This document shows, one piece after another, positions 7,901 through 14,640 of a stretch of 14,640 nucleotides of DNA (position 1 is the first letter of the stretch; the number at the start of each line of letters is the position of its first letter). A program made the position numbers and the translations under genes. The stretch is from Bacteroidia bacterium. GTDB taxonomy: Bacteria > Bacteroidota > Bacteroidia > Bacteroidales > VadinHA17. The notes below the pieces were generated by a model that saw only the letters and a program-made list of their open reading frames with translations, had not been told where the DNA came from and searched no databases. The stretch is from positions 1-14,640 of the forward strand of contig JAPLDX010000014.1 in NCBI GenBank assembly GCA_026391215.1, given 5' to 3'.

Positions 7901-9724
7901 TTAATATTGTGTTGTCATTCCTCCGACTGGTTTTGGTTGAGTCATATGAAGGTCAAAAATTAGTATTTCATTCATGCCCGGTCTGATATATGAGGCAGGA
8001 CAATAAAGCCGTTTTTGTGGACCTATATTCCAGTAACGGCCCAGATTATGCCCATTTACCCATACAACGCCTTTCTTATAATTCGAAATATCAAAAAATG
8101 TATCGCCCGTATAGGCAAGTGAAAAATCTCCTTTAAAGAATATACCGGGCTTGTTGACGGTCTTTCCTGAAGACCTGATATCGTAAATGAATTTCCTGTC
8201 CATTGGCAGGTTATATACTTTCCAGTTCAGTAATTTTTCCCCATCAATAGTCACGCTGTCAGTAATCCCCTTCCTATCATGTATTTGAGGTCCATAATTT
8301 ATCCGACCCATTCCTTCAACAAGGATTTCAAGGACAGGTTCTGAGACATTGCTTTCAGGAATATCGATTGTATTGATTGCCTCCCTCCGGTCAAGATTGC
8401 CAAGGTATTCGCCATTAAGAAAAACTGTAGCATAATCATGAATATCAGTAACTGTCAGCTTTCCGCTTTTTCTGCCAGTAAGTTCTTTCCTGTACAGGAT
8501 AAAACCATTGTTTTGCCCGTATGCTTCAAAGGTCCGGGGTGTTTCAGAAACCACAGGCTCGGGAAGATAATCCCATACAGATGTAAACCGGACAGGGAAG
8601 ATAAGTTCGACCTGTATAGCCGGAATGGAATCAGGTATAGGAGGAAGCTTATCTTTCTTTGGCAGGTAGGATCCAATAAGCTTGCGGAGAGCCAAATATT
8701 TTTGTGTAGCCTGTCCCTGCTCATTGACAGGAGCATCATAATCATAGCTAGTAATATCGGGTTCATACCCTTTTCCTCCGGAGTTGGCTCCTGCCGTAAA
8801 TCCGAAATTGGTACCGCCATGTATCACATAAAGATTGAATGATTTCCTGTTATCCATCAGGAATTTAACCTCCTGAAGAAGCTCAACAGTGTCAGGTCTT
8901 GCCCACCATGAATCGCCCCAGTGTGTCAGCCAGCCCGGGTATGTTTCGCTGCTGAATACGGGAACGCCCGGATTTATTTTTGTTGCCAGGTCAAAATCAC
9001 TCTGTGAGCTGCCGGAATCCAGTCCGACGACGCTGCCTGGAAGAGTTCCTGATTCCAGCATCTTTATTGTGGGTCCGTCACCTGTGAAAGTAGGAACATC
9101 AATTCCGTTTGCCACCCAGATATCCCTAAGCCTTGACATATAATTATGGTCATTGCTGAAGCTTCCATATTCATTCTCAACCTGGATCATCAGGATTGGA
9201 CCACCCCTGGTTATAAGGTATGGCCTGATCTCTTCAGCCATTCTTGCCATATATCTTTCAGCTGCTGCCATATACCGGGGATCCAGAGTTCTTAGCTTAA
9301 TATCCGGAATCTTCAGCAGATATGGAGGAATGCCTCCAAGATCCCATTCTGCGCAAACATAGGGTCCCGGTCTCACGATAAGCCACATTCCCTCATCCTG
9401 CACAATCTTAATAAATTCTCCAAGGTTACGGTTCTCTGTGGAAAAATCGAAAACTCCCTCCTCAGTTTCATGATAATTCCAGAAAACATAAACCGAGATA
9501 GTGTTGCAACCCATTGCTTTTGCCATTTGAATTCTGTGCTGCCAGTACTCCCTGGGAATCCTTGCCGGATGCATCTCTCCGCTTATGATCTGAAAAGGTT
9601 CGTTATCAAGCAGAAATTCTGTTTCGCTGAATTTAAAAGTATGCTTTGCCTTCTTTTCCTTAAAAGAAACCGTTACGGTCAAAAGGATGAGTGCAGATAC
9701 CAGTATAGTAATTCGCTTTAACAT
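7901..9724 (-). CDS. Glycoside hydrolase family 35 beta-galactosidase, secreted
   Basis: Signal peptide, plus motifs SGEMHPARIP, YVFWNYHE, RPGPYVCAEW, QVENEYG (acid/base), SETYPGWLTHWG (nucleophile), HGGTNFG, TSYDYDAP and NLGRYW. Confidence 0.95.
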   Translation of the reverse strand: MLKRITILVSALILLTVTVSFKEKKAKHTFKFSETEFLLDNEPFQIISGEMHPARIPREYWQHRIQMAKAMGCNTISVYVFWNYHETEEGVFDFSTENRNLGEFIKIVQDEGMWLIVRPGPYVCAEWDLGGIPPYLLKIPDIKLRTLDPRYMAAAERYMARMAEEIRPYLITRGGPILMIQVENEYGSFSNDHNYMSRLRDIWVANGIDVPTFTGDGPTIKMLESGTLPGSVVGLDSGSSQSDFDLATKINPGVPVFSSETYPGWLTHWGDSWWARPDTVELLQEVKFLMDNRKSFNLYVIHGGTNFGFTAGANSGGKGYEPDITSYDYDAPVNEQGQATQKYLALRKLIGSYLPKKDKLPPIPDSIPAIQVELIFPVRFTSVWDYLPEPVVSETPRTFEAYGQNNGFILYRKELTGRKSGKLTVTDIHDYATVFLNGEYLGNLDRREAINTIDIPESNVSEPVLEILVEGMGRINYGPQIHDRKGITDSVTIDGEKLLNWKVYNLPMDRKFIYDIRSSGKTVNKPGIFFKGDFSLAYTGDTFFDISNYKKGVVWVNGHNLGRYWNIGPQKRLYCPASYIRPGMNEILIFDLHMTQPKPVGGMTTQY

Positions 9725-9754
9725 ATATATCTATTAGACAATTATTTATAATGG

Positions 9755-11399
9755 CTATATAGCCTGAAAGCTATAGAGCTTGGCATAATATCCGTCTTTA
9801 ATTTTCAGCAGTTCCTCATGTGTACCTTTTTCCACAATTCTCCCTTCATCAATGACCACTATCATATCAGCATGCTGAATTGTTGATAATCTGTGAGCTA
9901 TTACAATTGATGTCCTGTTCTCCATTAATTTGATTATGGCATCCTGTACAAAGCGTTCAGACTCGGTATCCAGGGATGATGTCGCTTCATCGAGGATGAG
10001 GATGGGCGGATTTGCCATGATGGCCCTGGCGATGCTTATTCTCTGACGCTGTCCCCCGCTTAGCTTGTTTCCTCCCTCTCCCACGCTGTTTTCATAGCAC
10101 TTTTCGGTTTCCATAATAAAATCATGGGCATGTGCTATCCGGGCAGCATTAACTACATTTTCCATTTCCGGATTATCAATCCCAAAAGCAATATTTTCAG
10201 CGAATGAAGTATTAAAAAGGATTGGTTGCTGACTGACTATTCCCATAAGATCACGGAGGTCGGCAATCCGGAGTTCCCGGATATCAATCCCATCAATCAG
10301 GATGGATCCCTTGTCAGGGTCGATGAAGCGCGGCATAAGATCAGCCATTGTTGATTTGCCTGCACCTGATTTACCAACAACAGCGACAGTCTGTCCCTTC
10401 TTTATAAGGAGGTTTATATCTTTCAGAACCGGTTCATTTTCATAGGCATACCATATGCCCTTAAATTCTATGGAATCATTGAATTCCTTAACAGGAAGAG
10501 CATTCTCCTTTTCGGTTATTTTTTCCTCAGCTTCAAGGATCTGATCAACCCTGTCTATGGAAGCCATCCCTTTCTGTATGCTGAACCACGAAGTTGTAAT
10601 ATTTTTAACAGGTTGTATTATCTGTGAGAATATTATGAGGTAAGCAATAAGCCTGTCAGGAGACATGTGAGCCTCTCCTTTCAGTGCCAGCATCCCTCCT
10701 ATATACAGCAGGACAATGATAACAATAGTTGAAAGAAACTCACTTAGTGGCGATGCGAGATAATATTTGCGTATCACCCGTTTGAATATTTTCGCATAAT
10801 TTTCATTTGTGGCTCCGAATTGCGCTTTCATTTTCTTCTCGGCATTGAAGCCTTTTATTATCCTGAGCCCTGAAAGGGTCTCTTCAACAACCGATAAGAG
10901 CTGTCCAAGGTATTGCTGACTGACAAGGGATGAAGTGCGCAGTGTACGGCTAACTCTTCCAATAAGCCATCCGCTTACAGGGAGCAGGGCAAGTGCAAAC
11001 ATTGTAAGCTGGTAACTGCTTACAAAAAGGTAGATTACAAAAATAAGAACATATACAGGATCCCTGAAAATCATTGTCAGAGAAGACATTACTGATATTT
11101 CTATCTCCTGCACATCATTTGATACCCTTGTCATTATGAAGAGCTCCCACCTGCCCTTTCTCCTCAATGAACATGGATAAAAAGTATGTAAAGAATTGGC
11201 TCAAATACTCAATAGTGAGATGGAATTCCCCTGGATTGTGGACACTCTCCACCCTGTTGAACAGGATATTCAGGAACGGAATGGCCAGTGAATATGAAAC
11301 AAGCGCAAATAATGCACTTAGCATATTAAAAAGTATGCTGCTAAATGCCGGTCTTTTGTAAGGGCTGATATATTTTAAAAGTAGCCTTATTTTGTTCAT
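9755..11399 (-). pseudogene. MsbA-like ABC exporter (fused TMD+NBD), frameshifted near 11138 with an apparent internal deletion
   Basis: ORF 11399-11115 encodes the exporter N-terminus and TM1 (MNKIRLLLKYISPYK...ILFNMLSALFALVSYSLAIPFLNILF). A different frame carries IMTRVSNDVQEIE onward, with Walker A GKSGAGKST, LSGGQRQR, ILILDEATSSLD and IAHRLST. The junction reads GGA GCT CTT C|ATA ATG ACA. The total span of 1645 nt is not a multiple of 3. Confidence 0.8.
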
Positions 11400-11414
11400 T
11401 GTGCTGTCAGTCTG

Positions 11415-12758
11415 TTAAAAACCCGTAAAGTTAAACGGAGTGATCTCCTTTAACTCAGCTTTTACTGCCTCACTGACGTCAAGGTTTTCAATGAAGGAAT
11501 GTATTGATTCTTTTGTGACCTTCTGATCGGTACGGGTAAGGTCAAGAAGAGCTTCGTAAGGTTTGGAGTAACCCTCCCTCCGCAGAATGGTCTGGATACC
11601 TTCAGTTACCACTGCCCAGTTGTTGTCAAGGTCGCTTTTGATTTTTTCGGTATTGATAATCAGCTTGCTCAATCCTTTGAGAATAGAATTAAACGCAAGT
11701 ATAGAATGACCTATCGGAATGCCGATATTCCTCAAGACCGTTGAATCAGTGAGATCGCGCTGAAGCCTTGATACAGGAAGCTTTTCTGACATATGACCAA
11801 AAATTGCATTGGCATAACCCAGGTTACCCTCACCGTTTTCAAAATCAATTGGATTTATCTTATGGGGCATTGTGGATGATCCTATCTCTCCTTTCCTGAT
11901 CTTCTGCCTGAAATAATCAAATGAGATATATGTCCATATATCACGGGAAAGATCGATAAGGATCACATTGATCCTTCGCATGTTATCAAATAAAGCAGCC
12001 AGGTTGTCGTAGTGCTCTATCTGGGTTGTGGGTTGAGATCGTTGAAGCCCAAGCTCCTCATTTACGAAATTGTTTGCAAATGTTATCCAGTCAATAGCCG
12101 GATATGCAGCCTTATGAGCGTTCATGTTGCCTGTAGCGCCACCGAATTTTGCTGAATATGGTATTTGCCCGAAATATTTTGATTGTTCATCAATCCTTGC
12201 TATGAAGACTGCTATTTCCTTTCCAAGCCTGGTTGGGGTGGCCGGCTGTCCATGTGTCCGGGCAAGCATTGGAATATCCTTCCATTCATCAGCCATCGCG
12301 GCTAATGCTTCCCTCAGCTCAAAAAGGACCGGGAAATATACGTTGATGAGAGCATCTTTCATTGATAATGGGATGGCAGTATTATTGATATCCTGCGAAG
12401 TAAGCCCGAAATGAATGAATTCGCTCCACTTGCCCCACCCTGAATGGAAAAACTTCTCCTTCAGGAAATATTCAATCGCCTTGACATCATGATTTGTGAT
12501 CTTTTCCTGCTCCTTGATCTTTTCTGCATCAGGGATATCCAGATCTTCATATATTGAGCGCAGAGCCTTGTAATTATCCTTTTTAAAATCACTTAGCTGA
12601 GGAAGAGGAATATCGCAGAGGGCAATGAAATATTCAATTTCCACCATCAGTCGATATTTAATAAGCCCGAACTCCGAGAAATAAAGGTCAAGCTCATTCA
12701 CCTTATGCCTGTACCTTCCGTCAAGAGGAGAAATGGCAGTAAGAGAATTTAAATCCAT
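11415..12758 (-). CDS. purB: Adenylosuccinate lyase
   Basis: Motifs LTAISPLDGRY, TNHDVKAIEY, IHFGLTSQDINN, MLARTHGQPATPT and SRLQRDLTDST, plus the fumarase/aspartase signature GSSTMPHKINPIDFEN. ATG 12758 is preferred over TTG 12764. Confidence 0.97.
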   Translation of the reverse strand: MDLNSLTAISPLDGRYRHKVNELDLYFSEFGLIKYRLMVEIEYFIALCDIPLPQLSDFKKDNYKALRSIYEDLDIPDAEKIKEQEKITNHDVKAIEYFLKEKFFHSGWGKWSEFIHFGLTSQDINNTAIPLSMKDALINVYFPVLFELREALAAMADEWKDIPMLARTHGQPATPTRLGKEIAVFIARIDEQSKYFGQIPYSAKFGGATGNMNAHKAAYPAIDWITFANNFVNEELGLQRSQPTTQIEHYDNLAALFDNMRRINVILIDLSRDIWTYISFDYFRQKIRKGEIGSSTMPHKINPIDFENGEGNLGYANAIFGHMSEKLPVSRLQRDLTDSTVLRNIGIPIGHSILAFNSILKGLSKLIINTEKIKSDLDNNWAVVTEGIQTILRREGYSKPYEALLDLTRTDQKVTKESIHSFIENLDVSEAVKAELKEITPFNFTGF

Positions 12759-12799
12759 TAGCAATAAGATTGAGTTTTCAAATGTTATAACGTTAAATG

Positions 12800-12807
12800 C
12801 AAAAGTA
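12800..12807 (-). promoter_or_regulatory. Bacteroidota sigma70 -7 promoter element (TAnnTTTG) for the purB operon
   Basis: The + strand reads CAAAAGTA, which is TACTTTTG on the minus strand, about 40 nt upstream of the purB ATG. No clear -33 TTTG element. Confidence 0.6.
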
Positions 12808-12872
12808 GTATTTTTAGAAGTCGTAAAAAAATTGAATTTCAGTATATAAGGTAGTTACCAGTAAAAACAACA

Positions 12873-13634
12873 ATGCTTAAAGAAAAAATCAGGATATCAG
12901 CCGTCAAATATGCAAATACATATCCATTCATCTACGGAATGACGGAAACGGGATTTGACAGGAAAGTCATTATTGAAACTGATCACCCGTCTCAATGTGC
13001 TGAAAAGCTCATCAGCGATAAGGTTGATATCGGATTGATCCCCATAGCGGCATTCCCTTTGCTAAATGAATATTATATTATTACGGATTATTGCCTTGGT
13101 GCCTATGGAAAAGTGAGAACAGTAATGCTGTTAAGCAATTGCCCTTTTTCTGAAATACAATCCATTAACCTCGATTATCATTCACTTTCATCAGTTAATC
13201 TGGCAAAGATCCTGGCAAAAAATGCCTGGAAAAGGGAATATATCTGGAAAAATACAAAGACAGGATTTGATTTTCTACATATACCTTATAATGAAGCTGT
13301 TGTATTAATCGGAGATAGGTGCTTTGAATTCGAGAGCAGGTTCAGTTACAGGATTGACCTGGCAGAAGAGTGGTATAAATTTACCGGCCTCCCTTTCGCA
13401 TTTGCATGCTGGACGGCAAATAAAAAGCTTAATAATGAGTTCATTGCTGAATTCAATAATGCGCTTGCTGCCGGTGTAAAGAACATACCGGCGGTGGTTG
13501 AAAAATATGGAAAAACCGGGACTATAAGAGGCGAGGATCTCAGGATATATCTTACAGAAAATATGAATTTTGACCTCAATGATGACAAAAGGAAAGCTAT
13601 AAATCTCTTCCTTGAGATGATGGGTAAATTATAA
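12873..13634 (+). CDS. mqnA: Chorismate dehydratase (futalosine pathway of menaquinone biosynthesis), MqnA/MqnD family
   Basis: Motifs RISAVKYANTYPFIYG, VDIGLIP, V-x-TVMLLS, AVVLIGDRC and DLAEEWYKFTGLPFAFACW are typical of MqnA. Confidence 0.85.
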   Translation: MLKEKIRISAVKYANTYPFIYGMTETGFDRKVIIETDHPSQCAEKLISDKVDIGLIPIAAFPLLNEYYIITDYCLGAYGKVRTVMLLSNCPFSEIQSINLDYHSLSSVNLAKILAKNAWKREYIWKNTKTGFDFLHIPYNEAVVLIGDRCFEFESRFSYRIDLAEEWYKFTGLPFAFACWTANKKLNNEFIAEFNNALAAGVKNIPAVVEKYGKTGTIRGEDLRIYLTENMNFDLNDDKRKAINLFLEMMGKL

Positions 13635-13644
13635 TATTTATGAT

Positions 13645-13652
13645 TATCTTTG
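13645..13652 (+). promoter_or_regulatory. Bacteroidota -7 promoter element (TATCTTTG) for the small DNA-binding protein gene
   Basis: Exact TAnnTTTG match in the mqnA-HTH gene spacer, about 45 nt upstream of ATG 13698. Confidence 0.6.
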
Positions 13653-13697
13653 GAATTGTTGTGGAAAAGAAATATAAACATTTAAAACTATAATATC

Positions 13698-13943
13698 ATG
13701 AGAAAGACAATCACTTTCAATGAATTACGGAAGATAAAAGATCAGTTACCCTCCGGTAGTATTAAGAAAATTGCCAGCAGTCTTGATTTGAATGAAGAAA
13801 CGGTAAGAAACTACTTCGGAGGGAGAAATTTTGAAGCAGGACAATCAATTGGAATCCATTTTGAACAGGGACCAGACGGAGGTATTGTAAGTTTCGACGA
13901 TACCACAATCCTTGATATGGCTAAGAAGATGATTCAGGAGTGA
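13698..13943 (+). CDS. Small Bacteroidota-type putative DNA-binding (HTH) protein
   Basis: 81 aa. KTITFNELRKIKDQLPSGS...IASSLDLNEETVRNYFGG...GIHFEQGPDGG...DDTTILD resembles a small conserved Bacteroidales protein usually annotated 'DNA-binding protein'. It has an HTH-like segment and an A-rich initiation region. Confidence 0.8.
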   Translation: MRKTITFNELRKIKDQLPSGSIKKIASSLDLNEETVRNYFGGRNFEAGQSIGIHFEQGPDGGIVSFDDTTILDMAKKMIQE

Positions 13944-13966
13944 ACAGAAGAATCTGAAGCCTGTTC

Positions 13967-13998
13967 AAAAGCAAAAGGCTTAGTCTTTTGCTTTTTTT
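13967..13998 (+). terminator. Rho-independent terminator
   Basis: AAAAGCAAAAGGC-TTA-GTCTTTTGCTTTT stem (13 bp with one G-U pair), ending in a T7 run at 13992-13998, just downstream of the 13943 stop. Confidence 0.8.
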
Positions 13999-14009
13999 GT
14001 TTATAAACT

Positions 14010-14640
14010 ATGATTAATACTTCGGGTATTATTTCTACAGAAGAAAAGTATAAACTGATACTTGAAAACTTCTTCAATAGTCATTTTGATAAAGATTTTC
14101 TTGTATCTCATGGACTTGATCATCATCGCAGGGTGTGGAATAATGCAAAAGAATTGCTGCAATATTTTAAGTATCAATTTGACCAGCTTTTTCTTCAAAA
14201 GCTCCTGATTGCTTGTTACCTGCATGATATTGGAATGTCGGTTGATACCGGCATAAAGCATGGTCAACACAGCAGGGAACTCTGCATCCTGTTTCTGAAA
14301 GAGCATCATCTGGAAGAGACTGACTACAAGGATGTTCTATCAGCGATTGAAAATCATGATAATAAGGATTATGACAATTCTATTGTGACGGATCAGCTTC
14401 AGACTATTCTATCGGTCGCTGATGATCTTGATGCTTTCGGGGAGACCGGTATATCCAGATACCTTGAAATATATCTTGAAAGAGGTATTGATAAACAGCT
14501 GATAGCAACTGCTATAAGGGAAAATGCCCGGAAGAGATTTGATAATTTTGAAATGACTTTCGGTAATAATCCTGAACTGCTCAAAAAGCACAGGGAAAGA
14601 TACCTTGTACTTGATAACTATTTCAAAAACAACTATTTAA
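14010..14640 (+). CDS. HD-domain metal-dependent phosphohydrolase; 3'-truncated by the window edge (absent from the ORF track)
   Basis: Manual translation from ATG 14010 is open to the window end: MINTSGIISTEEKYK...SHGLDHHRRVW...IACYLHDIGM...KHGQHS...AIENHDNK...LSVADDLDAFG... This is the canonical H...HD...H...D metal-binding pattern. Confidence 0.9.
   Translation, partial: MINTSGIISTEEKYKLILENFFNSHFDKDFLVSHGLDHHRRVWNNAKELLQYFKYQFDQLFLQKLLIACYLHDIGMSVDTGIKHGQHSRELCILFLKEHHLEETDYKDVLSAIENHDNKDYDNSIVTDQLQTILSVADDLDAFGETGISRYLEIYLERGIDKQLIATAIRENARKRFDNFEMTFGNNPELLKKHRERYLVLDNYFKNNYL

Noticed and set aside
11135-11167. TTG 11167 as the start of a 470-aa ABC protein, or a programmed frameshift at the junction
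   Set aside because: MRRKGRWELF is an off-frame reading of the upstream part. There is no slippery sequence, and frameshifting would not restore the missing TM2/loop segment.
14001-14591. Minus-strand ORFs 14001-14309, 14399-14584 and 14409-14591
   Set aside because: They lie antisense to the clear HD-domain gene on the + strand and have no motifs.
1-14640. CRISPR arrays, tRNA/rRNA genes, IS elements, prophage or defence genes
   Set aside because: The window is almost fully covered by recognisable metabolic genes. The spacers are too short for these elements, and I saw no periodic repeats or transposase/integrase motifs.

Overview
Bacterial chromosomal window, most likely an anaerobic Bacteroidales/Bacteroidota genome. 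This is inferred from A-rich translation starts lacking Shine-Dalgarno sequences, TAnnTTTG promoter boxes and Bacteroidota-type proteins. Left half (+ strand, 1-6687): a tightly packed hexuronate-utilisation operon with a 5'-truncated LarA-family nickel-pincer epimerase (GntE-like), a Gfo/Idh/MocA oxidoreductase, 6-phosphogluconate dehydrogenase (gnd), an ExuT-like MFS transporter, a LacI regulator and tagaturonate epimerase (uxaE). Together they suggest a galacturonate -> tagaturonate -> fructuronate -> mannonate -> gluconate -> 6-phosphogluconate route into the pentose phosphate pathway. Converging on it (- strand) are purB, an MsbA-like ABC exporter broken by a frameshift and an apparent internal deletion near 11138, a secreted GH35 beta-galactosidase and a secreted GH105 hydrolase. 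Right end (+): mqnA, a small HTH protein with its own promoter and terminator, and a 3'-truncated HD-domain hydrolase that the ORF track missed. Two short GC-rich REP-like hairpin elements lie in intergenic gaps. I saw no RNA genes, CRISPR arrays or transposases.
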